64,000 nt of DNA from the human T2T-CHM13v2.0 reference genome, Homo sapiens, in assembly GCF_009914755.1 (NCBI RefSeq), contig NC_060925.1, one strand, 5' to 3'. The notes beneath the pieces were generated by a model, which ran no database searches, was not told the origin of the DNA, and saw only the letters and a list, made by a program, of their open reading frames with translations. The number at the start of each line of letters is the position of its first letter. Position 1 is the first letter of the stretch. The translations under genes were made by a program, and so were the position numbers. Shown piece after piece: positions 12,461 to 26,654 of the stretch.

Positions 12461-13518
12461 CATTGACTTTCTATATGACCCTAAATCCCTTCTATTTCCT
12501 GATCTACTTGTCTTGACCTGTTTCATTTCCACACCAAAATAGTTTCATTAACACAGCGATCATGCTCAGGAGATAGTGGCTAACTGATGTAATTAACTGA
12601 CATGTCAAAGGCTATTGGTTTATTGCATATGCAACTGTCTTTCCTGGTGGGAAGATACAGTTTCTGCTGACATAATAGGTATGCAAACATGCCAAATTGC
12701 CCAATAATCTGCCCCCGTGATGGTGAGGTGTTTGCGGCCATTCTACTTACAGGAACAGAATGGCGGATCTGTTACTATGTTCTCCTAAAATGCAGCTGGC
12801 CAAAGGTGCTAATTGGTAAACAGTTAAAATAGAAAGAAGAGAAGGCAATTCAGTTTTGGGCCTTAGTGAGTTTTTTTTCCTTTTCTTTCCTTAAAAAAAA
12901 AAAATTGTGCTTTTGGCATGCTAATGCATGCATTTAGTCTCTGCAAGAAATTTCCATTTAAGAAAGAATTTAAAAACATGAAGTGCTCAATCCATATCTC
13001 CTAAACAACTAAAAAGACTGCAATTTCAAATGAGAAATTATGTTGCAAAGAAGAAAAAAGTTGTTTATTATGGCTCAAAATTTTAATCACCCAAGGGCTG
13101 TAAAGTTAAAAATAGACAATTCTGCCTTCTGTTTATGGTAAACTTGGCTGAGTCCCGGCAAATTTCAAAGCTGAACATACTGTATGTTATTTTTGCTTAA
13201 TTTTAGATTCCACATTTTAAAATTATTTCTTACAAGAAGCATATTTCAGGATATAAACTTAGCCTGAAGAACAGTATTCTTGATTTTTGCCCATATTGAA
13301 ACTCCTTTGAAAATAGTAAACTATGGTTTTGGGATTTTCCTATTCCCAAGAGTCCAAATGGGTACCTTTCTAAGTCTTTTACATTATGAATGAACACAGG
13401 ATTATGAAATTGTAAAGGTTACTTTCTGCTCTCTAATTCCTTTACTCGTAATTTTAGTTTTCTTAACGGTATAACTTGATGCAAATATATACACAGTAGA
13501 TACTAACTTTCACTGAAG

Positions 13519-13571
13519 TGTTTTCGGGAGGGAGGGGCACTTTACAAGATGTGTTGCCTTTAGTTTTTCCG
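13519..13571 (+). other. Candidate 53-nt non-coding exon (or end of an alternative first exon)
   Basis: TACTAAC at 13501-13507, AG at 13517-13518, donor CCG|GTAAGG at 13571/13572. Confidence 0.3.
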
Positions 13572-14183
13572 GTAAGGAGACAGGAAGACACAGACAGAGG
13601 CTCTTAGGGCACATGGAAAGCGCCTGCCCCTGTGCCAAGAACTTAAGAGAGAGCCGGGGATGGACCCTCCTTGCTGTGGCTCCTGAACAGTGCAGCCTCT
13701 CTTCTGATGCACTCACCCTGGCGAGGAGAACCGCTTGTGTGGCGACTGCTTGGCCCAAGAGCGAGTAGGATTGTTGACTCAACTCTCTTCGTGTCTCCTC
13801 AGAGAGGAGGAACACCTGGCTTCACCTGTTTACATAACTCTTGTTGATTCTTGTCCCTAAGCTCTTCCAGAATGCTCTTTTGGGCTTTTCCTCAAAAGGT
13901 TTTTAGAAGAACAAGCTTTTTGGGGTGGCAAGAAATTTAGGATGGAGATTTTTGTTTTTAACCTATTAGTCAGCGTGGCATCAGAGAACCACATGTGCCC
14001 CACAGTCAGTGGCATGCTCAGTAAATATTTGTTGAATATTATTTAAGTGAATGACTGTTTGCTGAAGAACAAGATTTCTCTGATGACCTTGACAAACGTA
14101 TGTTTGTGATTAAGTTAATCATAGCTACCATTTAGAACTTCTTACTCACTAGACATGTAGCTGAACACTTCATATGTCATTCT

Positions 14184-14544
<361 letters not shown>

Positions 14545-14823
14545 TAGAGTAGCTATATCGAGTCTATATTCAGCAAGTGCAGGGTAAGCTCTGATTCCAT
14601 GGTCCTTCCAATATGCCATACCACCGAGGTTGAGAAAGGTGGTGTTAACAGTCCCCATACGTTGACATAAGGCCTCTGAGAGGCCAAAGGATATGCCACA
14701 GTATTCTTTAAGGTGCTTAAGCCCTTAATCATGAAATGTTTTCCTAGGCCACAGTAAGAATCTACTTAGTTTACACACAATTCTAATAAATCCGGTTATC
14801 TGTTTTTCAAATACAAAGCAGAT

Positions 14824-14930
14824 TGATTCATTCAGCAAATATTTTCTGAATACCTATTATGTGCCAAGTAGATTGTTCTAGATACAGTGAACAAAAAAGA
14901 ATCCTTGCTCTGACAGAGGTGATGTTGCAG
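14824..14930 (-). mobile_element. L2 3' end
   Basis: ttcattcagcaaatatt...acctattatgtgcca...gatacagtgaacaa. Confidence 0.75.
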
Positions 14931-14940
14931 ATTAATAGAT

Positions 14941-15121
14941 CAGTGGTTCTCAAAAGTGTAGTTCCTGGATCAGTGGCATTAGCATAACATGGGGACTTGT
15001 TAGCAGTGCAAATGTTGGTCCCCACCCCCGACTTACTCAGTGAGAAGCTCTAGGGGTGGGGCCTGATTTTAAACAAGCCCTGTAGATGATTATGATGTAT
15101 GTGAAAGTGTGAGAACCAGTA
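14941..15121 (+). mobile_element. MER5A MITE
   Basis: Terminal inverted repeats cagtggttctcaaa ... gtgagaaccagt and MER5A body. Confidence 0.85.
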
Positions 15122-15317
15122 TTCTAGAAGATTTTAAACAATTTGTGTTCCTATGGCAGATAGCTCTCTGGAAAACTTTGTCTCCTGATTCATTCCCAGA
15201 CTACCGTGTGTGTGTACATGTGAGTGTTGGGGTCTTACCTTATAACGGCATTTAGTGATTGGCAAAGCTCAGATGCTGGGCCTCTATGGGGCAGAGGCAC
15301 TTGGACATTTGTACCTA

Positions 15318-15520
15318 AGGATGTGGGCCCTGGAGTTACATGTACCTGAATTCAGATTCTTACTTTGCCAAGCACAGCCACAAGAACTTGGGAGAGTTAG
15401 GAAAACTCTCTAAGCCTTAGTTTCTTCATTGTGCAAATGAGGTTGACAGTAATAGGACCATACCTCCATTTGTAGCATGGCTACTTGGTACAAAGAAAAT
15501 GTCCAGTAACTAGTAACAAT
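15318..15520 (+). mobile_element. MIR
   Basis: cttgggagagtt...ctctctaagccttagtttcttcattgtgcaaatg core. Confidence 0.65.
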
Positions 15521-16261
15521 TGCTTTTCTCTCTCCAGGATCCAGCACCTGGCCTGGCACAGGGTACATGCTCAGAGAACAAGTCTTTGAAAGAATGGGTA
15601 GATGTTTATTTTCCTTTGTATTAGCCATTAGCTCAAGGTCTGCAGCTACTTAATTCCAACCTGGGTCCATTTTTAGCAGAAGAAAAAAGAATAATGGGAC
15701 TCAGCATCAAGGCGCACCTGACACACAGAGTCCTCTTGGAAATGTGTGACCTGCCTCAGTTTAGCCACTGCTTTTACTTCATCCTCATCAGTCAGAGTAT
15801 GACATTGCCTTCCCCTTTACCTCTTAATTTTGGAATATTTCAAGTGCCTCTAAAATTTTATTTAATTAAGGGGCTTCCAAATCTGCTTGTAGATATTTTA
15901 TTCTTGAAATGCTTGTGGCATTAATAGTAAATCAGAATCAGACCTCCACCTATTTTGTGCCATTTCAGCACTAAGCCAAGGAGAAAAATTATTGAGGAAA
16001 TTAATGCTTCCCTTAAGCACAGTAGGAACACGAAGCTAACATACTGCCGTATAACCTGATTTCACTGGTATTCTTTCTGAAATTTTTGTTTTTCTATTTC
16101 TATTGCATATTGGACTTCATGGCTAAAACAAAGTGCAATTATGAGGAGGATGTTTTCTCAAAATCTGTAGGGTCTGGTTGGTCACATAACCTTTCAGAAG
16201 AAACATTATCTACTGGATGACTTAGATGTTATTCACCAATAGATTATCAAGGTTTATCTCC

Positions 16262-16390
16262 AGATGTTCATTAATTCACTAAGTATTAATTGAGTATCTA
16301 CTATGTGCCAAGCATCGTCCTAGGTGCTAAAGATATAGCAGTGAATGAATGGGACAAAAGTCTCTGCCCTCTTGGTATATACTTAGTTAC
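16262..16390 (-). mobile_element. L2 3' end
   Basis: ttcattaattcactaagtattaattgagtatctactatgtgccaagca...ctaggtgct. Confidence 0.8.
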
Positions 16391-16716
16391 TTTCTTTTTC
16401 ACACATGGGCATGTGTGTAGGTGTCTCTGGAGTAATGCGTTATATGCAGGTGTTGAGCCTAGGGTGGTGTTGGGTGCATCATGGGCACTCACATGTTAAT
16501 TTCCTGCACTGTAGATGATTGCTGATTCTCAGTGATATAATCCAGTCAAACCATTTGGCGTTCTTCTGCTTTAAATTTTATTGGTGAGGTTTAACTCTTC
16601 ATTAATGAACGCTGTCACATTTTCTCTCTTCTCTGACATGTCCTGGTGCCCTGGGTTTGTGGGGTCAAGTCACTGCCGATTTAATTCAACTCTTCTTTGT
16701 ATGACTACAAGTCCTG

Positions 16717-17163
16717 TGTTTTAGTTTCCTATTGCTGCTGTAAAAAATCAACATGAACTTAATGGTTTACAGTAACACAGATCTATTCCCTGATAGGTCT
16801 GGAGGTGGGGAGTCTCAAATCCAGTGTTACTGGGCTGAAATGAAGGTGTTCCGAGGACTGGTTCCTTCTGTAGGCTCCAGGGGAGAACCTGTTCCTTGGG
16901 CCTTCCAGCATCTAGAGGCTGGCTCTTCACTGCATCACTGCATTTGAGCTCCGCTTCCTTCTCCTGGACCTTTGACCCTCCTGCCTCCCACTTAAGGAGC
17001 CTTCCAGTTGCATCATTGGGCCTGCCTGAATAATCCAGGGTAATCTGTCTACCTCAAGATCTTCAACTTGATCACAGCTGCAGAGTCCCTTTTGTTGTAT
17101 TCATGCATTCTGGACATTAGGATATAGACATCTTGGTGGTTGGTCATTGTTCGGCCGATCATA
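16717..17163 (-). mobile_element. MLT1D-like MaLR solo LTR
   Basis: ttagtttcctattgctgctgtaa...aatccagggtaatct...ctcaagatc...gacatctt is the reverse complement of MLT1C/D. Confidence 0.85.
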
Positions 17164-17952
17164 CCTTGTGAGAAATTCCAGTGTCCCTGGGCTGAGCTGC
17201 TAAGGAGCAGGTTTTATTGAGCAGTCTTTCCCATTCTATGAAACCCAACCCAGGAGAAAACGCTCTAAAATGCAAATGTTGCTAACTTGGCAGAGCCTAA
17301 TTATATGTGCACAACTACCTAAAATTTTCTTAATAATTGCTCTCTGTTCCACAAGACTTGGCTCAAAAACCCCTCCTCCAAGGAGCCTTCCTGAATTTTC
17401 CTGGGCTTGTATAGTACTCTGTGTTTGTGATTCTGTGTCACGCTCTGTGTAAGTGACTCCATGATCAAAGCTTTCCTGTTGTAATTGTGTGGATTTACTT
17501 GTTGCCCACTGTCCCCATACCCTCCACCCCCACATGGTGTGCTTTCTCCAGAAAGGGACTACTTCTGCTGACCACACAGAAGACGTGTGTAAAGTCTGTG
17601 TATCAATGAATGGATTCTCATCTTTCATAGTTTTTTTTTAAATAGTTTTATGTGTGTTTAACTTAATTTCACTTAAAAAGATATTTACCAGAAGCTGAAA
17701 GTAGGGTGTGATGAGGTTGGGTTCAGGAAGGACTGGTATCACATGGCTTCCCTAAGTTGTATATTACATTGTTAGGACACCTGACAGAGCTGTGGATTAG
17801 TGAATCTTACGGATGGCTCTTTTCAGTTGAATATAATTCTGAAGCTCTGCACCATTCTTCCCACTGTGTTGCTGTTAATCTACCATAAACCAGGTAGATT
17901 CTGCATAGTTGGAAGTGATGGAAATCAAGGTGAATGCCTGATTCTTTAAATC

Positions 17953-18247
17953 TTTTTTTTTTTTTGAGATGGCGTCTTGCTCTGTTGCCCAGGCTGGCAT
18001 CCATTGGTGCAATCTTGGTTCACTGCAACCTCCGCCTCCTGAGTTCAAGCAATTCTCGTGCCTCAGCCTCCTGAGTAGCTGGAATTACAGGTGGGCACCA
18101 CCATGCCTGGCTAATTTTTGTATTTTTAGTAGAGACGAGGTTTCACCACGTTGGCCAGGTTGGTCTCAAACTCCTGACCTCAAGTGATCTGCCCGCCTCG
18201 GCCTCCCGAAGTGCTAGGATTACAGGTGTGAGCCACTGCGCCTGACC
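17953..18247 (-). mobile_element. AluS
   Basis: Antisense dimer; TSD tgattctttaaat / tgaatctttaaat. Confidence 0.95.
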
Positions 18248-18904
18248 TGAATCTTTAAATTCTTAAAATCAGTTTTAGTCACCAAAGAAGATACTCTGTA
18301 GCTTAATAACTTCGAGTTACTGTAACGGAATCAAGTCACTGGTATTGAGACATTTTTATTTAAAAATTTTAAATTAGAATCTTACTATGTGGAAAAATAC
18401 GGTCATTGTTGGAAAATCATTTTGCCTCTTTTTAACAGCATTCAGGCAGTTTTTTTTTCCCTTTGAAAATAGACCTTGGTCTGTGTTGTTGGAAAGCATG
18501 TAATTTTCATTTGTTTTTTTTCACCTAGTAGTGCTTAATGATACCATGTGAATTTTTATAGTCCCAGCTGCACTGAAGTGTGTGCCCTGAAACTTCGGTT
18601 GGATTAAGAAAAGTAGCTTGGTGTGAGGGCTGAAATTGGTGAAATGGGAGAACACAGGGTTGCATCTATATATATTGCAATTAATATTGACGAGTGGGCA
18701 GAAGTCCAACATTATCCTAGAGGGTTGGCTAATGTTCTTTGTACACCAATGCAAGTGAGTCTTTTCCCTCCAGGTGTGAATAGTTTAATTTAGTAGGTCG
18801 ATTAGTAGAAGCAAGGGGTGTTTTCTTGTATTCCAGTTTACATTATACACTCAACATTAACTAGCTGTTTAAGGTACAGTGCATTGTTGAGTAGTTGTGG
18901 TACA

Positions 18905-19320
18905 GGTATCCTGAGACGTTGCTAACCCATCTTGGTATCTCCAGGGCCTGGCATCTAATGTAGTAGGTACTCATTAGCATTTGCAACATGAATAGGAGAA
19001 TGAATGAGTGGTTGTTGTGGCAAAGTCTCTTAAAAATCCTGGTCCCTGCGTACCTCTGTAGCCTTCTCATCTCCCCACCTTCTAGCAATAATATTCTATT
19101 TGTAGCTTGTTAAATACTCCACATTCTTTCCGGCCTTTGGACTTTTGTACATTTCATTCCCTCTGACTCTCACACCACCTTCCCTGTCCCCTATCCCCTT
19201 TGTCTGGCTAATTCCCGCTGGTTCTTTATGACTTAGCACCTTCTAGAAGACGTTTTAGGAGGCATCATAGTGGGTATTTTGTTGAAGGCCTGGTTTGTTT
19301 TTCATATCTCTATGATAACA
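18905..19320 (+). mobile_element. L2 fragments
   Basis: L2 terminus (gtagtaggtactca...gaatgaatga) followed by pyrimidine-rich L2 3' region. Confidence 0.55.
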
Positions 19321-19661
19321 TATCTCTTTGGGTAACAACAGAGAGCTGCTGACTAGTGGCACCGTTGAAAGCTGCATATCTGAAGCTTCTTTTCAGGAGA
19401 ATGTGGATCATTTCAGGTGCCTGCATCATTTGCATGTACATCTTCCAAACTCTATTGGTACTTTCCATTTAGATATGGGCAGAACATGATGCTACAGTAA
19501 CTGAAACAGAAGTTAAGTTAGCAGCAGATTCTCTTCCATTTATAGCATCAGTATCAGGGTAAAATGGGAAGATGAAGGAAAACTATTGATGAATTACCTT
19601 TGGTACAGCTGATACTAAAGTGGGTAAACAGGCAAAAAGAAGTTGGGAAATTGAACCATTC

Positions 19662-19989
19662 TCTTTCTTTTCTTTTTTTCAAAATTAGAGACAGGGTCTT
19701 AATTTGTCACCCAGGCTGGAGTGCAATGGCACGATCCTAGCTCACTACAGCCTCGAACTCCTGGGCTTAAGGGATCCTCCTGCCCCAGCCGCATGAGTAG
19801 CAAGTGCATGCCACCATGCCTGGTTAATTTCTTTCTTTTCTTTTTCTTTCTTTCTTTTTTTTTTTTTTGGATGAGATATGGGTCTAATTATGTTGACCAG
19901 GCTGGTCTCGAACTCCTGGCCTCAAGCAGTCTTCTCACCCTAGGCCCCCAGAATGCTGGGATTACAGGCTTTAGCAACCACACCCAGCC
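19662..19989 (-). mobile_element. AluJ (diverged, expanded middle T-tract)
   Basis: Antisense dimer; TSD tgaaccatt on both sides. Confidence 0.9.
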
Positions 19990-20395
19990 TGAACCATTTC
20001 CTTTCTGATTTAACTTAGGAAAGTTTGCTGCATAGTAGGAGCTCAGCTAACATTTGCTGAGGATGAAAAAAATAAATGAACCAAGTTTGTTTTGTTTGCA
20101 TCTTTTTCCTTTTGCTTTACAATAATATATTTTTTAAAATTCCCTGTCTTTTCTACTACACTTCTTTTGGCCTTCATAGCTCTAGCCCCAGACTATACTT
20201 AGTGCTTTTGCTAAGACTGACTCATCTTGTTTGATTGCTTTAGTGATATAAGATTCTTGTATCCATAGGAATGGTGTGAGACTGTATGCCTTTCATGTTT
20301 GCAAAAATGTAAACCAGAAGAGCCAGTTATTGGTACCAGTACCAACTAATTCCTCAGAGCTATAGGGCAGTATTAAATTACTAAGCCAGTGTGGA

Positions 20396-20645
20396 AACAG
20401 CATGATCTAATGGAAAGCTAATTAGCCTTTGTGTCAGATGGGTGTGATTCAAATCTTGTCTGTACTGCTGATGGGCTGTGTGACTTTGGGCAAGTAGCTT
20501 AACTTCTCTGAGTTCCCCTGTCTCTGTTTTTTCATTTGTAAAATGGAGTGGAGGGGACAATATTAACTTGCAGGATGGCTTGATGATGAGAAATGATAAA
20601 TGTCTTAGTCTATATTAGATCTTCAGTAAATGGTAGTTGTTTTGA
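20396..20645 (+). mobile_element. MIR, near full length
   Basis: gctgtgtgactttgggcaagtagcttaacttctctgag...catttgtaaaatgg core. Confidence 0.85.
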
Positions 20646-20931
20646 CCACTGTTACTGTAATGAGCCAAGGTGGCTATAAGCCCTTCAGTGTTTCAGTAAG
20701 GACAAGCTTACAGGTAACCACCAAGATCAGGGCAGAACAGCTGATTTAGGTCTAAACAGGTTCCATCGTGTGTCTTCAAAAAGGTTTTCCTTTTTTTCCT
20801 CTGGAGAAAATTCAGACTGGTTTAAGAAGGAAACTGAGAGCCTCTTCCCTCCCTATGTTCTGAGTGTTTCAGAGATGGCCAGAAATGGATACTAGTTACT
20901 AAGCAAGACCTTTAAAAAATACACGTTACAA

Positions 20932-21085
20932 GGCAGGTTGGTATGAAGGAAAGAGCACTGACCCGTGAGTTATTCTCGCGGGGCCAGGCTCTGCTCCACT
21001 CAGCTCTGTGTTCTCTGCCAAGTCCCTTTAGATCAATGTGTCGCATGTCCCCCCATTGTGAGTTGAGTACATTGGACCAAAGGAT
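20932..21085 (+). mobile_element. MIR/MIR3
   Basis: ggaaagagcactg...ccaggctctgc...agctctgtg...caagtcc. Confidence 0.5.
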
Positions 21086-21944
21086 TATAGTTTGTTTTCT
21101 TCCCAGGCAAGTGCCTCCTCCTGATGGGGAGTTAGTATGATGTGGGTGGCCCCAGTAGGACTGGGCTGGTCTTACTGTTCTAAGAAGTGTTAGCAGAAAA
21201 ATGGCTAGGCATTGGAGTAACCCTGTGATTTGACATTTTGGGGCATCCTTTCATGGTACGATACACCTGGCCAAAAGTCTCCCAGCTCAGAAATTCTATA
21301 ACTAGAAATGCTTTGAATAAATATATACTGAGAAGGTATTTTGGGGGGAAATTTTAAAATTCTTATCTCACTTGGCTAGAGCAACTGCTTACGACACTGG
21401 ACTTCTTAGGGGTATCGATAATGGTTGTCTTTGAATGGGGAGTGGATTTCTCAGCTTCCTGGGAACAGCAACAAAATTCCCCCAACAAACCCCAGGGTGT
21501 CTGAAGCGCCTGCTTTCTTCTCAAAGAGCCCGATCGAATACTCTTCTGTGGGCTCAAGAGCTATCAACAGTATTGAACAGTTAGACTAGAAGGATGGGTT
21601 GAGAACAGTTGCTCCCTCAAGGCTTGGAAATTAACAAAGACCATATTAGTAAGAATGGGGAGGGAGGTGGGAGGTGAAGAGAATGAGGGCTGGGAGGAGC
21701 AATTCGGAAGTGGAGAGGGTGATTGGAGGGGTTTGTTTCCCAGACAGTTTTCAAAGAAGAGGGATTTGTGTAGTATGCCATGGGACTGAAGATGCAGTGC
21801 AAGACCAGTTGATGTTCTTCTTTTAATCAACCAATTAATTTCTCTATCATGTTTCTTTTAGGCTAACGAAGTGTCTTCTTTCCTTTATCATGGCCATTGA
21901 TAGCAAGAGCTTAAGGGAATCTTGCCTCCCTGGGCTCAGGATAG

Positions 21945-22193
<249 letters not shown>

Positions 22194-23918
22194 TGATTTT
22201 ATCATAGGTAAGGGAAAACGATCCAATGTGCAGAGAAGGCTCAGGTTTTCATTTTAGTCTGCGGGTGATTGATTTCTTTCTTTCAAGGGGCTGGTTGAGG
22301 AGGTCAGAGTCTTAGAAAGGGAGAAGAAATCAGGGAAAAGGAGAAAAGAAGGAATGAGATTTATGACCCTCTGGATCCCAGATTTTATGTCGCGTAACCA
22401 TTCCCAATACTGGAAGTTCATGACACCCTGAGAAACAGCCCTGGAACTCAGAGCAGTGATCTGCATGCAAAGGCAAAATTAAATAGTCCAGCAACTGCTT
22501 TGACCGAGAGACACACATAGTACTATTCTGGGTCCTGAGTGCTGCTTCCCTTTCATTTCTCCCCTAGGCACAGATTCCACTGGCTCACAGAGTGATGAGT
22601 TAGACCACCCAGGGCCACTTATGTTATACTGAGGGCGGATGGTGATAGTGCTTATAGAGGAATTATTTCAACAATGAGACTTTTCCATTATTCTTTCTGC
22701 AATCACCCTCTATACTCAGAATGTGGAAACCTTGGCATCTCTCACTTAAGAACACTGAATTCATGGTGTTGCTCAGAGAGTCCTGTCCTGGTTCCATAAC
22801 ACTGTGATAATAACTGAAGATCTTTAAAAATGTATGTATCTTCCATTTTTATTCCATATGGCCCCTTAGGTAACATGACCCAATGGGGCCATTAAATGAC
22901 CCTGCCTACACTTGGATTACTCAGTACAAAGCAAATTTATGGTTGTTTATTCTCTCCTCCTATCAGCTATTAGTGCCTAATCATATGGTCTATCGATCAT
23001 GAGATTAATCGCCTGCCCAAAGAGGCAGCAGGTCTTGTGGAATGCTGCACTGCGCCAGACTGAACTTCAACCTTTTATACAAACTGGAGGAGTCAAAATC
23101 ATCATTCACTGCCTGAAATCCTTGCACCCTGGGCCTCCTGCACCCCAGGAGGTAAATCCCTGCTTTTTCAAACAGTGTACTTTGCACTTCCTTTCCTTGT
23201 GTAAAACTTTACCTCATTGATTCAGGCAGGCACTTGTAAATAAAATCCTTTCCAAGGCATCCTATAAATAATGATCTAAGCTGAAAATATGTGGGCTTTA
23301 TTATACAAAGCCCCATAGTGCTGCCATAATTAAAGGTCTGTCAGTATTTCTATTATAAATTCTCATTTTAGAAGATTTATCACTGGGCTATTAAAGTTTT
23401 CTCTAAGACTTTCCAAGAGTATCATGATCTAAGGCCTTTTTTTTCTTTCTGTGGAATGTGTTGCTTTGAAGATATAAAAAATAAAGTCCAGAAACATTAT
23501 CACATAGGAGTACACACATGCAGAGATTGGACACTTTAAAATTTGAGCTCTGCCTCCACTAAAGTGGCTTCTGTTTGCCTCTTGTGTTCTCATTGCATTT
23601 ATGAGAACAGAGAATCATTGTAGGGCTAATACTGTATTGTAATATTTGTTTCCTGGTCTGTGTCTTTTACTCTGAGGAGAGAGAGGGCAGGGAGTTAAAT
23701 CATTTGTCTTTCTGGCCCTGGTTCCACCAGAGGGCCTTGGCAATATAAGCACTGGGTTTGTTCAGTAAATGAGCCCCAGGGTGAGAGTCAGGAAATTTTC
23801 TTCCTAGTCTTCATCCAGTCATTAAAGGTGAGGAGTGAATTCAGGCAGTGAATTTAGGCAAGTCCCTTTACTTTCCTGAAAACAAGTTTTCTGATCAATG
23901 AAACGAGTGTGTTGAGTT

Positions 23919-24116
23919 CAGGGCTAGTAAATCTGTTTTTGGTGGGTTGAATACTGCCGGCACAGTGTTTTCAAACACTTGAATTGGAATGTCTTTAGAT
24001 GGAATCTGTGCCTTCTAGTTTGCCATAATCCCCACTGTTCCCTATTATATTATGTTGTATCAGCAGCCTGCTTCTATCATTTGCCTGCAGAGTCTATAAG
24101 CATTTATGATTCCTTG
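23919..24116 (-). mobile_element. MER102-like hAT DNA transposon
   Basis: gcacagtgtttt...ctttaga...tagtttgccataatccccactgttccctatt...gcattt matches the MER102 reverse complement. Confidence 0.6.
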
Positions 24117-24733
24117 TAATTATTGATCATGTGGTCTTTTGTTGCTATACTAAGGGTCTAAATCTGATTCAGGTTAGCTGTTGATGCCTTTGACTGTAAC
24201 TGTAATTCTCTAACTTTCAACCCTTTTATCATCAAGGACCTCAACTATTATTTTTTGTTCCATATTTGAAAACTTTTGGTGTTCCAGACACACTGCATTG
24301 GTTAATAACTAATTTTCCCGTTGTAAAAACAGACACGTGTAACTGAACACACAAATGAGCCATCAACAGTATGAATATAAAAGTGTTTGTGCAATGAGTT
24401 GGTTGACGTTTCAGCTAGCTTGTTCAGTTGTTTCATGGGTAAGTGTATAGTTTTTGTTTGAAGTTTTGATATATGAAAAATAGTTCCGAGGTCTTCTGCC
24501 TTATTAGACATGTGATAGACAAAGGATTCTAGGTGAGAACTTAGTTTATTCTTTTATGAGTTGCTGAACTGCCCTGGTCATTAGAGCATCAAGTAAGTTG
24601 TTTATCCACATGCAGTTCATGTCTTTTCAGTTGTCTCCTTATTGGTCAGCTTAGAGAGGGCTCTACAAAACCTGGCTTTTACATTCAGTGAGCTGAAAAG
24701 AGCTTCCTATATGAGTTTACCCAAAGGCCCTTG

Positions 24734-24809
24734 TTACATTTTCTCCCTTTAGTCAAGAGTACTTTGGAATTTTACATTTTCTCCCTTTAGTCAAGAGCAC
24801 TTTGGAATT
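24734..24809. repeat. 2 x 38-bp tandem duplication, 1 mismatch
   Basis: TTACATTTTCTCCCTTTAGTCAAGAG(T/C)ACTTTGGAATT at 24734-24771 and 24772-24809. Confidence 0.95.
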
Positions 24810-24930
24810 TGTTAAAAGGATTGGGAGACAATTTGAAAACTTGGCTCTCCAGTTAAGAAGAATCATTTTTTACACTTTAACTCAGACTGTTGGTGAATAT
24901 TGTAAATTGACAATTTAAAAACACACATTT

Positions 24931-25547
<617 letters not shown>

Positions 25548-25739
25548 AAACATACATTTAAATAGAGCAGATGAAAGATCTATAGTGTAGAAGTAATCTG
25601 CATATAAACCAGTCTTAAGTTGAGACGTGACCTATGACTGTTAAAGCAGTCCACATCACACAAAAATAAAGGGCTTGGAAGATAGCAGCCTGGTTTAACC
25701 AGGTTAGATATAATTTAACAGGAAGAGATAGTGTCTACA

Positions 25740-25972
25740 TTGTTGCTAAAAGCTTAGGCTCTGGGGTTCCTAATTTGGGTTTAATTCTGTCTTGGTTACT
25801 TGTTAATTCTGTCACCTTGGAGTGGTTCCTTAAATCTCCCTAGGCCTTGGTTTCCTCATTTGTAAAATGGGGATAATAATGGCTTACCGTGTGGAATAAA
25901 TTAGAGTAATTCATACAAAGGATTTATCATCATATTGGTTATAGAAGAAACAATGAATATTCATGATCATTT
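25740..25972 (+). mobile_element. MIR
   Basis: gccttggtttcctcatttgtaaaatggggataataatgg core. Confidence 0.8.
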
Positions 25973-26186
25973 TTATCAAGAATATAATTGAAATATATTT
26001 CTGAGCGTTGAGGTTTTTCTCTTAAAGAAAAGTGTAAAGGTATACTTTCTTAAGACTGCTCATACATGCTGGATCACCCATATACATTTCCAGGAAATTG
26101 TATGTTCTAGCAATTGTATGTTCCAAATGTGCTGCTTTCAGTTTTTTCGAGAAACAAATGATGTTTGACTTTAAAATTCTAGAGTT

Positions 26187-26497
26187 GGCCGGGCGCGGTG
26201 GCTCACGCCTGTAATCCCAGCACTTTGGGAGGCCGAGGCGGGTGGATCATGAGGTCAGGAGATCGAGACCATCCTGGCTAACAAGGTGAAACCCCGTCTC
26301 TACTAAAAATACAAAAAATTAGCCGGGCGCGGTGGTGGGTGCCTGTAGTCCCAGCTACTCAGGAGGCTGAGGCAGGAGGATGGCGTGAACCCGGGAAGCG
26401 GAGCTTGCAGTGAGCCGAGATTGCGCCACTGCAGTCCGCAGTCCGGCCTGGGCGACAGAGCGAGACTCCGTCTCAAAAAAAAAAAAAAAAAAAAAAA
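26187..26497 (+). mobile_element. AluYb8 (human-specific, young)
   Basis: Diagnostic GCAGTCCGCAGTCC duplication, ggatcatgagg, ctaacaagg, cgggaagcgg; pure A tail; TSD aaaattctagagtt / aaaaatctagagtt. Confidence 0.95.
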
Positions 26498-26654
26498 TCT
26501 AGAGTTGAAATTTTTCTCTTACATTTCCTTTTCCCTCTAGATCAATCCCAATTAAAGTTTCATTGCAAAAGTTTCACAAACTCATATTGGCATTAATTAT
26601 TATTGGTGTGCTGGTGAAAGTCCTAAAGTGAGTTCATTAAGAATTAAAAACCTT

